64,000 nt of DNA from an uncultured virus (IMG/VR IMGVR_UViG_3300025141_000033). Lineage: Duplodnaviria; Heunggongvirae; Uroviricota; Caudoviricetes. The translations under genes and the position numbers were made by a program. Under the pieces are notes generated by a model. It was not told the origin of the DNA, did not search any database, and worked only from the letters and a program-made list of their open reading frames with translations. Below are positions 36,404 through 45,926 of this stretch, one piece after another (within the stretch, counting starts at the first letter, position 1; each line of letters begins with the position of its first letter). Location of the stretch: the IMG/VR virus record IMGVR_UViG_3300025141_000033; one strand, given 5' to 3'.

Positions 36404-39400
36404 TCAGACACTTATCTTTGCAAAGCCACCTGTCTTGTCGATTTCGATCTGCATATCGACGCAGTCCTTGAGAGAGTCAAGATGAGAGATAAGGAACACG
36501 TTCTTAAAGTACACCTTGACCAGTTCGAGGATGCGAACGAAGCCTTCCATATTATCCTGATCGAGGGCAGTGCCGGGTTCATCGAGAACAAACAAGTTGC
36601 TGGTCGGGAGAGAGGAGACAGACAGCAGCGCAAGACGCAGAGCCATCGCAGCCATGCTCTTCTCGGCACCAGACGCCATCTCAATAGGTCGCGGGTCGAA
36701 GCGAGGATGCTTGATAAAAATATCCAGCTTGTTGCTATCGGATTTGCTCTCAAAGAACACTTCGAAGTCCACAACATTCGCAAGCACCTTCGCCACCTCT
36801 TGGTTCAGCACGGGGATCTTCTTGCGCACGATGTCCGATGCGATACCGTTGGGGTGCATACAGCGAAGGAACAAGTCATAAGCGGAATACTCCTTTTGTA
36901 GGCGGCTGTACTCATCGCGACTTTCTGCGAGTGTTTCGATCTTCTGCTCGTAGGAACCAACCATCTTGATGGCATCCATCGTGCCCTTCTCACATTCCAA
37001 GACCTCTGCTTTCTTCTCTGTGATGCTCTTTTCTACGCTCTTCTTCTCGCGAATGATCTTCTCAAGGTTCTCGATGAACTCCTTGTTTTGAGTGAACTCT
37101 TCGATCCTGTTTTCAAGAGTTTCAAGTTCACCCTCAAGGGTCACCTTAATGTTCCTGTTCTTCTCTCGCTTAAGTTTCAGTTCTGAGATCTCTCGCTCAA
37201 GTTGGCGGGACATTTCCTCGACAACATTAAACTGAGCGATCTTCTTGGACACTCCCTCGGGCTCAAGCTCTTCAAGTTGCTTAGCTGCTGTGGTGAGTGA
37301 ATCTTCGGCATTTGTTCGGCCGGCAACCACAACGACAGCGTCTTTGATGAAGCGACAAGTTGGGAAACCATCACCGCAAGGAATACTGTCAAGTAAGCGC
37401 TGCTTGCGTTCAATGTCCTCGAATTCTTCGTTCAGCCTTCTGATGTCGGTTTCGAGAGTCTCGATGGAGTCTGCTTGTGTTCTCAGCTTGTCAATGTCGG
37501 TCGATCCAATGAAGAGAATCGCCTTGTCGTTCTTCTGGGTCTTAAACGCCAGGGAGTTTTCCTGCTCTATGATGCGGTCGATAACAGCGGCAAGCATATT
37601 TGACTTCTTGTCTCGCTCTTCCTTAAGGGTGACGCCGTCAACAAGAACATCAGGAGCGTCGCTGATCTGCTCACGCAGGCTGCGGTGACGTTCTTCTGCG
37701 CTGTCGAGTTGTTTCTTCAGGGTGAGGCATCGAATGTGGTTGTTCTCGACAACGGTTCGATGAGCTTCAAGCTCTTCTTGCGCCTCGGAGATCTCCGTGT
37801 CAAACTCTCGGGTGGCATCCTTCTTGAGAATAGCTTTCTTCTCGACAGAGTCCTCCTTGGCAAGCTTGAACTTCTTGTCAAAGAACTCAAGATCAAGGAA
37901 CTTGGCGATGATCTCTTTGCGGCGGGTGGAACCCTCATCGATGAAGGCTAATGCACCGTGTTGAGACGCCATAGAGGACACCAAAAAATCATCGATAGAT
38001 CCGAAGTGCTTGCGAATATTTGCATCGGTCTGAGCGCGAGTAGCGGCGTTTAGAGACTCAGTCTCTTCTGTGATGCGATCATAGACTTCGAAATTCAGAT
38101 TGGTCTTGGCTTCAGTGGTTTCTTCACCCTTAAGACGCTTCAGATACTTCTCCGATGTGCGCTCAATGGTGTAGAGCAAGTTGCCGACTTCAATCTTTAG
38201 AGTGCCGCGCCCGAGTTCTCGGTTCTGGTTGATTACGTTCAGATTCTTGCGTTCGTTCTTGGAAGTAGTGTTGAACAAAGTGTAGAGCATAGCATCGATA
38301 ACGGAACTCTTGCCTGAAAAGTTCTTGCCGAAAACACCGACGATGCCATCAAGGCGATCGAAATCAATGGAGTTGTTCTCGCCATAGTTGAACAGGTTGT
38401 CCCATTCAAATGACTTCAACTTCCAACGAACATTGCGTAAGACTTCTTCATTTTCCTCAACGAGCTTGTTGTACTTGCGGTTGAGATTGTGAATCTCGTC
38501 CATCGTTTCTGCGGGAGCTTGGTATTCCTTGAGGTATTCCGCCATCAACTCTTCCTGAACTTCGATATTGCGGAGTTCTTCAGTCTTGAGAGTGTCTGTT
38601 AACTCGCTAGCGGAGCCGCGCTCACCCATGGCTCTGTTGAGGAAGGAGATGCTCTCGGGTTTAAAGCGGTGCTTTGCAACATCCATCGCTCGGCGCATTG
38701 TGTGGAGAGGCAAGTTGTTGTTGCTCACCAAGCGAAGGCGGGCGCCGCGAGGGATTTCAGTATTTTTGGGCATCCGACCCTTGGGGGTCAGCTCAATGGT
38801 GATGAAAGGCTTAGGGTTCGTGATCTGGGTATGAGTGCAGGTGAAGTTGTCCTTGTCTTCAATGTCCCATAACAAGTATCCCTTATCATTAGTCTCGCCA
38901 AAGTTTTGCGTAACGAGGGAGCCAGGATAAGCGCACTTGCCATCAGCGTCAACCTTCTGGTGAGTCTTGTGAATGTCGCCAAGAAGGGCGTAGTCAAATT
39001 TCTCCAGAGTGTCGATACTAATGTCACCGTGGGTCATCACCCAACCAGTATCAGTTTCAACGCCAGCCACGCCTCCGTGATGAAGCGCGATGTTGACCTT
39101 GTTGTCTGGCAGTTCTGTTGACCAGTTCTCGGGGTCCACGATAGAGAGCACATGAAGGTCAATGTTCTCTGCGACTGGAACAACAGCTGAGTATTTGTGA
39201 AGATGAACGTTAGGGTTGTTCAGGTTGTCGACGATAGGAGAAAGGGCGTCCAGGCGAGCGCTGTTCTTCAGGTTCATATCGTGGTTGCCGAGGATGTTGT
39301 GAACTGGTGCGATCTCAGCCAAGTTTGTCAGCAGTTCGCTAATAAGGCACACAGCCTCGGGCGATAGGTCGAGCTTAGTGTGGAAAGTGTCGCCTGTGTT

Positions 39401-39526
39401 GACAATGATGTCCGGCTTTAGTTCTCTTAGCTCGTCATACAACTGGGTAAATACTGCGCGGTATTCGGTGTGATACTTCAACTTACGGATATGAATGTCG
39501 CTGACGTGTGCGATCTTAAAACTCAA
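36404..39526 (-). CDS. Single-chain Mre11-Rad50 (SbcD-SbcC) fusion nuclease/ATPase
   Basis: Phosphoesterase motifs SDIH, GDTFH, GNHD, GDIH; Walker A GKNFSGKSS; coiled coil with PCGDGFPTC; signature ASGAEK; VLDEP; ISH. Confidence 0.92.
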   Translation of the reverse strand: MSFKIAHVSDIHIRKLKYHTEYRAVFTQLYDELRELKPDIIVNTGDTFHTKLDLSPEAVCLISELLTNLAEIAPVHNILGNHDMNLKNSARLDALSPIVDNLNNPNVHLHKYSAVVPVAENIDLHVLSIVDPENWSTELPDNKVNIALHHGGVAGVETDTGWVMTHGDISIDTLEKFDYALLGDIHKTHQKVDADGKCAYPGSLVTQNFGETNDKGYLLWDIEDKDNFTCTHTQITNPKPFITIELTPKGRMPKNTEIPRGARLRLVSNNNLPLHTMRRAMDVAKHRFKPESISFLNRAMGERGSASELTDTLKTEELRNIEVQEELMAEYLKEYQAPAETMDEIHNLNRKYNKLVEENEEVLRNVRWKLKSFEWDNLFNYGENNSIDFDRLDGIVGVFGKNFSGKSSVIDAMLYTLFNTTSKNERKNLNVINQNRELGRGTLKIEVGNLLYTIERTSEKYLKRLKGEETTEAKTNLNFEVYDRITEETESLNAATRAQTDANIRKHFGSIDDFLVSSMASQHGALAFIDEGSTRRKEIIAKFLDLEFFDKKFKLAKEDSVEKKAILKKDATREFDTEISEAQEELEAHRTVVENNHIRCLTLKKQLDSAEERHRSLREQISDAPDVLVDGVTLKEERDKKSNMLAAVIDRIIEQENSLAFKTQKNDKAILFIGSTDIDKLRTQADSIETLETDIRRLNEEFEDIERKQRLLDSIPCGDGFPTCRFIKDAVVVVAGRTNAEDSLTTAAKQLEELEPEGVSKKIAQFNVVEEMSRQLEREISELKLKREKNRNIKVTLEGELETLENRIEEFTQNKEFIENLEKIIREKKSVEKSITEKKAEVLECEKGTMDAIKMVGSYEQKIETLAESRDEYSRLQKEYSAYDLFLRCMHPNGIASDIVRKKIPVLNQEVAKVLANVVDFEVFFESKSDSNKLDIFIKHPRFDPRPIEMASGAEKSMAAMALRLALLSVSSLPTSNLFVLDEPGTALDQDNMEGFVRILELVKVYFKNVFLISHLDSLKDCVDMQIEIDKTGGFAKISV

Positions 39527-39612
39527 GGGCCCTCCAAGGCTGGTTCAAAATGGTAGAGAGGTGCTCGCACTGTGGCGGTGAATAGGGGACGCAGTTCTCT
39601 CTCACTGACTAT

Positions 39613-39641
39613 AATATATCACGGTTAGCTGGTCTTTGCAA
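39613..39641 (-). promoter_or_regulatory. sigma70-like promoter TTGCAA-N17-TATATT
   Basis: 17-nt spacer with an extended TG; upstream of Mre11-Rad50. Confidence 0.55.
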
Positions 39642-40578
39642 GCTCTTTTTTGATCATTTTTTTGACCTCTTGGATATCCTCGTTCCAAGTTAGCTTACCA
39701 GCGATCGAGTCTATGTCATTATTTTCTGGAATAGCGTTGGAGGAGTTCATCTCCTGCGCAACTTCGTGTGCCACAGACCATTCGGGGGGAAGAACCAATC
39801 CACGTTGACCAGATGGTGCGCTCGCATCAAAGAAACTGAACAGTTGTCCCTCTGGTCCATATGCCCAGAGTGCGGATGAGCCACGCTGCCAACCACCATC
39901 AACGAAGTCGTTGAACTTGTCCAGGTTCTTCTCAGTGTCGCCGGTGCTGAAGAAGGACATCTTGATGAGTTCCTTGTAGTCAGCCTTGCTCATTCCGGCG
40001 AGGGGGAGAATCTCAGAGTCGGAAATCTGGTCTGCTGGGACGTGGTAGAAATTCTCGCCGGGGAGCCCGGTGCCTGGGACAATGTCCTGCGCTGCGCTTT
40101 CAAAGCTATCGGCGTGCTTTTCCTTGAATCCCTCCATGTCATCAGTTCCTTGTCCGCCAAGCGCGTTCTTAAGCGCCTGATCCCGGAAGTTCTTAATGGT
40201 ATTTGCAGATTGGGCACCCTGGGCGCCGGCGTCCACAAAGCTGGAGGCAGCTCCGGCGTATGCTGGTTCGAAGTCTATTGCGGCGCTAGTGAGGGCTCCA
40301 GATGCGGAAACAAGTCCAAGCCCCACACCAAGAGCAAGCATCTTGCCTGTTTTAGGGAGGGCGCTAAAATTTTTGCCTGCCTTCTTCAAAAACTTCACAG
40401 TTCTTGCACGGGCTGTTTGATTCTTCTTCCAATCATCAACCATCTGTGCTTCTTCGTCTGTAAGTTCTTCGGCTTCGAGCAACAGCAGGAAAGACTCTTG
40501 GAGAATAATCTCGTTCAAGAGCTTCTCCTCAACTTCCTCTTTGATGATCTGCTTAAGGCGTTCGTTTGTGATGTTCAA
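39625..40578 (-). CDS. Putative internal virion protein with IKEE leader and a hydrophobic segment
   Basis: Starts MNITNERLKQIIKEEVEE; contains MLALGVGLGLVSASGAL; ACTATTTA at 40616-40623. Confidence 0.55.
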   Translation of the reverse strand: MNITNERLKQIIKEEVEEKLLNEIILQESFLLLLEAEELTDEEAQMVDDWKKNQTARARTVKFLKKAGKNFSALPKTGKMLALGVGLGLVSASGALTSAAIDFEPAYAGAASSFVDAGAQGAQSANTIKNFRDQALKNALGGQGTDDMEGFKEKHADSFESAAQDIVPGTGLPGENFYHVPADQISDSEILPLAGMSKADYKELIKMSFFSTGDTEKNLDKFNDFVDGGWQRGSSALWAYGPEGQLFSFFDASAPSGQRGLVLPPEWSVAHEVAQEMNSSNAIPENNDIDSIAGKLTWNEDIQEVKKMIKKELAKTS

Positions 40579-40588
40579 GGCGTCGTCC

Positions 40589-41530
40589 CTAAATTGCTGA
40601 GATCAAGTCTCGCAATAAATAGTCAGAACCGTCAATAAAAGAAGCGTTTTGTTTACGCGCAGCGAACACATCTTTCGGCATAGACCCCACATCTTCGTAC
40701 CCTGAGACATCCACCTTGTAGAGTTCAATGTCGTATTTCAGCAGCATCTTGATGATTCTATTTTCCTTGTGGCGGGCGTCTGGGTCGAGAGCCATATAGA
40801 CCGGTGTATCATTGAGGACGATGCTGCGGAGGAGCTTAGAGTCGGCGCGAAGGGTCGATCCAAGAATAGGAACAGCGTTGCCAGCTACAACCGCGTCGAA
40901 GACTCCTTCGACAAGAACAAGGTCCGTGTCCCAATCGATGTATATCTCATTGAAAACCACATCTTTGGATGCCGGTGGGTTCTTATACTTGTATGAATCG
41001 CCGTTATATGAGCGAGCGATGAAATAGTTTATGTCGCCCGTGTCGTTAAATGATGGAATGATCACTCTGTTGCGGTATTCTCCGCTAAAGCAGAAACCCA
41101 TCTTCCACCGCAAGATATCGTTCTTGGTGACCCCTCTCTTGCGTAAATAGTTGTGCGCATGCATCGCAGTCGCTGGCACCTTGGGTGCGGTGAGAGAGGT
41201 GAACTCCTCTGGTAGCGTTACTTCGATTCGTTCTTCTCCGCCAATGGGGTCAGCGAATAGATCCGAGAAGCGTTCGATCTCTGTTCTGTCGGTCAGCTGG
41301 TCCCATCGTTGGAGATCCGCGAAGGACCCGAAGCGGCGGACGAGGCGCCGGACATTACGAGCGCGATAGTCACATACCCAGCACTGGTAGGCATTTTTTG
41401 CGAGGTTTACCGCCAGTTTGTATTTGCGGTGATTGCAGGCGGGACACTTGAAATAATATTCATCACTGCCCAGCTGCCGAAAATTGCCGAGGACAGAGGC
41501 AAGGACTTTGATCGCTTCTTTTTTGTTCAT
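40589..41530 (-). CDS. dnaG: DNA primase (DnaG-like)
   Basis: Zn finger CPACNH...CWVC; TOPRIM motifs LVEGVFDA and LDPD. Confidence 0.9.
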   Translation of the reverse strand: MNKKEAIKVLASVLGNFRQLGSDEYYFKCPACNHRKYKLAVNLAKNAYQCWVCDYRARNVRRLVRRFGSFADLQRWDQLTDRTEIERFSDLFADPIGGEERIEVTLPEEFTSLTAPKVPATAMHAHNYLRKRGVTKNDILRWKMGFCFSGEYRNRVIIPSFNDTGDINYFIARSYNGDSYKYKNPPASKDVVFNEIYIDWDTDLVLVEGVFDAVVAGNAVPILGSTLRADSKLLRSIVLNDTPVYMALDPDARHKENRIIKMLLKYDIELYKVDVSGYEDVGSMPKDVFAARKQNASFIDGSDYLLRDLISAI

Positions 41531-41548
41531 CTGTTCTCCGCAACTATA

Positions 41549-41589
41549 CCAGACATATACATCTTAACATGTCTGGATAACAGTGTCAA
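41549..41589 (-). promoter_or_regulatory. sigma70 promoter TTGACA-N17-TAAGAT with an inverted repeat around the -10 box
   Basis: -35 at 41584-41589, -10 at 41561-41566; CCAGACAT (41549-41556) and ATGTCTGG (41569-41576). Confidence 0.7.
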
Positions 41590-41598
41590 GTAAAAAAG

Positions 41599-41817
41599 CT
41601 ATTCTTCTTCTATTTCCTCAACAGATTCCACAAGCGCTAAATACTCAGCAGGGAAAGTACATATTAGCTCACTTTTTAGCATCAGAACTTCACACATCTC
41701 AGTTCTCATGGGCCCAGATTCTGTTAGAATGAAGGCGGATTGGCTGTCTATGCTGAGGATTATGCAGACATCTTGTGCGCTGCCGCCCTTGATTCTAACC
41801 AGATCTCCTATTTTCAT
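41599..41817 (-). CDS. Small SH3/KOW-like hypothetical protein
   Basis: Start moved to MKIGDLVRIK (ATGA overlap). Confidence 0.5.
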   Translation of the reverse strand: MKIGDLVRIKGGSAQDVCIILSIDSQSAFILTESGPMRTEMCEVLMLKSELICTFPAEYLALVESVEEIEEE

Positions 41818-42029
41818 TTTAACAACTGGGGGTCCTGGGGACAACGGTGGATCCACTCTCTTCTGAAAAACTCTACTTCGCCTTTCTTCAAGACATATAC
41901 GTCAAACCCGTCGCGAGGGGAGTAAAGGTCTGTGATCTCTTGTACTATAATCCCAAAAGACTCCACAAAAACTCCGGTGGTTGAATCATTCGTCCACGTC
42001 CTGACCATCACAAGGTCACCGGGATTCAC
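41814..42029 (-). CDS. Small SH3/KOW-like hypothetical protein
   Basis: Starts MNPGDLVMVR, resembling its neighbour's N-terminus. Confidence 0.5.
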   Translation of the reverse strand: MNPGDLVMVRTWTNDSTTGVFVESFGIIVQEITDLYSPRDGFDVYVLKKGEVEFFRREWIHRCPQDPQLLK

Positions 42030-42577
42030 TTTTCCAGTGCCTGTCCTGCTTTCGCAATGACTATGGCGTCTGCTCGATCAAAGGATTCTGGCTTGGGGTT
42101 GCCAAACTTGGTATATTCTATTTTGAAGGCAGGCTCTGTGTCAAGGAGGTGTTGGAGAACAACCTTCTTTGCCTTCTCCCCTCTTGGCACTTTGATGCCA
42201 GCCAGCTTTCGTGCCTGTGTCGCTCCAACATATTTGGGTTCCATCTCAAACAAGTCGTACAGCATCCACGACACGAGTCCATTAAATTTTTGGAGGGCTG
42301 CCATCGTTTTTGCTGACGATCCGCCCGACTTAAAGAACGTGAAGGGTTCCTCAATATAAATGTGCTTGATGGGAAATTTCGAAGATCCAGTGAGCGAGTA
42401 TTCGTTGTCACACTGGTACATCTCGAAAAGCTTCAGAAGGCACTCGTTCATGGCGCGTGCCTTCGCGAAAAAGCCTTTATGCTTACGTAAATCTATAGAA
42501 TCATAGTAAACCAACTGATCGTCCGCGATGATGGCAAAACCGGTTATACTCGTGCTGATGTCGACACCAAGAATCAT
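42026..42577 (-). CDS. ruvC: RuvC-like Holliday junction resolvase
   Basis: ILGVDISTSITG, IYIEE and DRADAIVIA catalytic motifs. Confidence 0.8.
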   Translation of the reverse strand: MILGVDISTSITGFAIIADDQLVYYDSIDLRKHKGFFAKARAMNECLLKLFEMYQCDNEYSLTGSSKFPIKHIYIEEPFTFFKSGGSSAKTMAALQKFNGLVSWMLYDLFEMEPKYVGATQARKLAGIKVPRGEKAKKVVLQHLLDTEPAFKIEYTKFGNPKPESFDRADAIVIAKAGQALEK

Positions 42578-42589
42578 AATGCTATTCTA

Positions 42590-43762
42590 TCACATATCTA
42601 ATTTTATTTTAAAACTTATATCGTCTGCTTCTCTTTTTAGTATTGGATTAGAAAGAGTGGCGATGCCGATTAAGTTCTTGTTATCGTCGTAAATAGCAAC
42701 ACGAGAGATATAGACTTGGCGCTCGAATGGTGCGTCGAAGCCCTCAAAGCTGGAACTGACGATATTCTTAATAGTTCTGTTGGGGTTTTCTTCATAAATC
42801 TGAGAAGATGTTGCCTGTATTTGTTGCTGTCCGTATTCCAAAAATGTTGGATTGTTTGAGTGGTTTGCCTCTCCACGGTGAGCGTGAGCGTGCATTGTCA
42901 TCACTTGAGTCTCGGTGGTGCCTTTAAAGTCCATCTTAAAGGAGGCTGAGACAAAGTCAGTGTCAGCAGTTGTAGCTGAGACATCATCAAGGGCGCCTGC
43001 ACCGAAATAGATCCACTTGGGGTTGTCAGACACACCACCAGAGACCATTCCGATCGTTTCGCTGTTCAACCCCCAAGAGCCTGTCAGCATTACGAATCCC
43101 TCGTCGTACAGCACAACACCAGCGACTTCGCCAGCATTTGCTCCAGAAACTTGGATAAGTTCTCCGTTCGACCTTGAATCTCGCAGCTCACCTGCGAGCG
43201 AGCCGCTGAAATACCACTTTAGCGACATCGTTCCAGGTTGGATCTGAGAGCCGTAGAAGATGGATGGAATCGAGATCAAGTTGAGAGTTTGCAAACTCTT
43301 ATCACCATACGATGATGACACAACATAATGACGACTTCTCACACCATAATAGTTTAATCTATTCTTTAGTGCGAAGAAGTGGCGGTTATTGGAGGCAGCT
43401 GGGGTAGTGATGTATTCCCGGGTGATCGATGCCGAGAGGGGATAGCTTCCGGTGAGTTCATCCCCATATGCAAACTCATTTGTATACGAAACTGGACCTG
43501 CAGTCTTAAAGCTTGAGCCAGCACTTCCCTTTGTGATAAAAGGATAGATAAAGTTGTTGCTGCCTGAAAGCTTGTCGACGTTGGATTCATAAAGGCTAAC
43601 ATGTCCCGATGGCACGTTCAGCACATTCGCGCTAAACTGGCCGGATTCTTCTGGTGCATTGTTATAGTACACCTTGCTATCGTATATGAAAAACTCGCAC
43701 GAAGGATGAGCCTTCATGGTGTTCAAGACGAGGTCCTTGGGGGCGAACTTTTTAAGAGACAT
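42590..43762 (-). CDS. Virion/baseplate structural protein
   Basis: C-terminal YISRVAIYDDNKNLIGIATLSNPILK, paralogous to 43842..44873. Confidence 0.55.
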   Translation of the reverse strand: MSLKKFAPKDLVLNTMKAHPSCEFFIYDSKVYYNNAPEESGQFSANVLNVPSGHVSLYESNVDKLSGSNNFIYPFITKGSAGSSFKTAGPVSYTNEFAYGDELTGSYPLSASITREYITTPAASNNRHFFALKNRLNYYGVRSRHYVVSSSYGDKSLQTLNLISIPSIFYGSQIQPGTMSLKWYFSGSLAGELRDSRSNGELIQVSGANAGEVAGVVLYDEGFVMLTGSWGLNSETIGMVSGGVSDNPKWIYFGAGALDDVSATTADTDFVSASFKMDFKGTTETQVMTMHAHAHRGEANHSNNPTFLEYGQQQIQATSSQIYEENPNRTIKNIVSSSFEGFDAPFERQVYISRVAIYDDNKNLIGIATLSNPILKREADDISFKIKLDM

Positions 43763-43841
43763 GTTTATACCTTTACTCTATTAAATAGAGAGGTTCTCAA
43801 TAAGTTTCTCGGTCCAAGCTTCGAACCTATAAGGGTTCTGC

Positions 43842-44873
43842 CTAATAGTCCAACCTGACGCGCAGGGTTACCTCGTTAGTCGGGTCCTTGCGGAGAGGCT
43901 CGGAAAGCTTAGCAGTCGCAAGCAGTTCTTTAGAAGAGTTATAGAGCCCCACAGTTGTAATATAGGAAACTGGGGTGTCGGTTGCGATCGTCTTAACCTG
44001 CACTTTGCCTGCGCTTGTGTATGTTGGATTCGAACTATAGTTGAACTTGTTGTGGGGGGCGCGGCAGAAATAAATCGTAGAGTTAATCTCTGTTGTGTTG
44101 TTGAAGCTTACATTTTGGATTCTGTGGCGCAAAGCATCACAAGATGCTGAAATGGAGGCGCTAACAAACGTGCTATCCACAGAGCCTGTTCCAGCTGAGG
44201 CGCTGTAGAAATCGCTCACCGCGGCGAAGGCCGAGGAGGTAAGAACTGCGATGCCGGCTTGGTAGAACACAACACCGTATGCATCTCCGCTAACATCCTC
44301 TTTAAGTATTCCGTAATCGCCGCCAATGGTAGAAGCCACACCTCCAACGTCTGAAGACGCTGAATCAGTCAGAGTGCGAACGGTGGCGAATGGGGCAGCC
44401 CATGAACCGGTGCCAAGAGTAAGAGAAACTGAGCCCTTCTTAACTTGGTCCTTAGTAATCAGTCGTGAGAAAGAAACAAAGAAAGCTTCGCCCATTGAAC
44501 CTACACCATCAAGGAGCAGATCGCTTTCAAACTTGCGGACTTGATTATCGCTACCGGTGTAACCAAGAAGAACCTGAGAGAACTGATTGTACATGTTGAT
44601 CTTCTTGGAGCCCTGCGTGAGGTTGGCAGAGGAACTGAGGACAGAAGCCTCATCGAAACCAATGCTGAAATCCATGATGTGGTTAGCGGAAGAGCTTAGG
44701 TATGGATAATCATACACGCTCTGGAACATTCCATGGGTATAGTTTTTAACATTCTCATCGGAATATGTGCCACTCAAAATCGAGCCAGTTACCGGGATCG
44801 ACTCGTGAAGAAGGGTCTTAGTAGTAGTAGTATCAGTGGTCGTGTTTAAACGTTCAAAATTCTTAACAGGCAT
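43842..44873 (-). CDS. Virion/baseplate structural protein
   Basis: FNYSSNPTY and YITTVGLYNSSKELLATAKLSEPLRK motifs. Confidence 0.55.
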   Translation of the reverse strand: MPVKNFERLNTTTDTTTTKTLLHESIPVTGSILSGTYSDENVKNYTHGMFQSVYDYPYLSSSANHIMDFSIGFDEASVLSSSANLTQGSKKINMYNQFSQVLLGYTGSDNQVRKFESDLLLDGVGSMGEAFFVSFSRLITKDQVKKGSVSLTLGTGSWAAPFATVRTLTDSASSDVGGVASTIGGDYGILKEDVSGDAYGVVFYQAGIAVLTSSAFAAVSDFYSASAGTGSVDSTFVSASISASCDALRHRIQNVSFNNTTEINSTIYFCRAPHNKFNYSSNPTYTSAGKVQVKTIATDTPVSYITTVGLYNSSKELLATAKLSEPLRKDPTNEVTLRVRLDY

Positions 44874-44892
44874 AAATAAACTCCATTATCCA

Positions 44893-45885
44893 TCAAGTGC
44901 CAGCATATCTAATAATGCGTAGTGGGATCTGAATCTGTGCAGAAGAGTTGTCTCCTGTAACATATACAGTCGTATCAATATAATCGTATAGGTTTCCGTC
45001 GCTAAAGAGGTTCTGACCTACAGCGCCGTATTGCGTGAACTTATCGTCGCTAGTGCCGGCAGCTGTGGTTGTCAAACCAGATTCTACGCCAAAGTTGAAG
45101 GCTGCGACTGCGCCCCTTGGTCCAGCGATGTCAGACATCGCGGTGTCCGTGTTGCTTGTGGTGTCGCGCACGACGCCGTTAGTTGCAGTTGGAGCTGCGT
45201 AGGTCAAGTAGTTGTCTAATCCCAAAGTCTGGCTCGTCGACACTGTCGAAGATAGGGAACCAAAGTTTGCTGTTGGTGTCTGGCTATCGTTGTTAAACTG
45301 AGCGTCAGCGTTGGAGGATAAGACAGAAGTAACAAAGCGACCGTCAACATACACAGAATAAGAATCATCAATAAGTCCCAGACTTGCCAAATAAGATGTG
45401 CGGTTATCTGCGGTTCCAGCGATCTCGCCGGTGGCTAAGCCGCTCTCTATTACAAGCATACCTCCTGGGGTAGCGCTGCTTTCCAAAATAGTATATGTAG
45501 AGGTGGGGATCTTTCCCTGTGTCTCTGTATTGGTGGCAACATAGAATACTCCGGTGTTGTCCAAGAGTGCAGGGACGTTAGCAGTTTTAGTGTTGACCGC
45601 CAAAGTGGGGAGATATAGAACTTCTTCGCTATTAATCGTCAGAAGACCGTGGTTTATGTTTGCGTTTGCTTGAGTGAAAGCCTCAAAAACAGGAGTCTGC
45701 AAGATCTCTAGATCAAAGTAAGCTGATCCAGATGGGTGATTCTTATTGTACAACCCATAATCAATCTCATCGTCACCAAGCGCAAAATGAGTAATTCTAA
45801 AATTACCTTGGGCCATACGCTTTCTGCCCGTGTCTGTCAGCACTGCATCTAAAATAATGTCACCGCTGTTGTCTAAAAAAGCCAT
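44893..45885 (-). CDS. Virion/baseplate structural protein
   Basis: DAVLTDTGRKRMAQGNFRITHFALGDDEIDY; ACTATTTA at 45904-45911. Confidence 0.55.
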   Translation of the reverse strand: MAFLDNSGDIILDAVLTDTGRKRMAQGNFRITHFALGDDEIDYGLYNKNHPSGSAYFDLEILQTPVFEAFTQANANINHGLLTINSEEVLYLPTLAVNTKTANVPALLDNTGVFYVATNTETQGKIPTSTYTILESSATPGGMLVIESGLATGEIAGTADNRTSYLASLGLIDDSYSVYVDGRFVTSVLSSNADAQFNNDSQTPTANFGSLSSTVSTSQTLGLDNYLTYAAPTATNGVVRDTTSNTDTAMSDIAGPRGAVAAFNFGVESGLTTTAAGTSDDKFTQYGAVGQNLFSDGNLYDYIDTTVYVTGDNSSAQIQIPLRIIRYAGT

Positions 45886-45926
45886 TTATTAACCTCTCTT
45901 ACATAAATAGTTAGTGTTTTCTTTAT

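Noticed and set aside
39516..39605. 29-aa GTG uORF starting near the predicted TSS and overlapping the Mre11-Rad50 start
   Set aside because: No SD and no recognisable motif; an ORF this short is expected by chance. It cannot be supported without conservation data.
41144..41151. ACTATTTA copy in the middle of the primase gene
   Set aside because: Far from any gene start; probably a chance occurrence.
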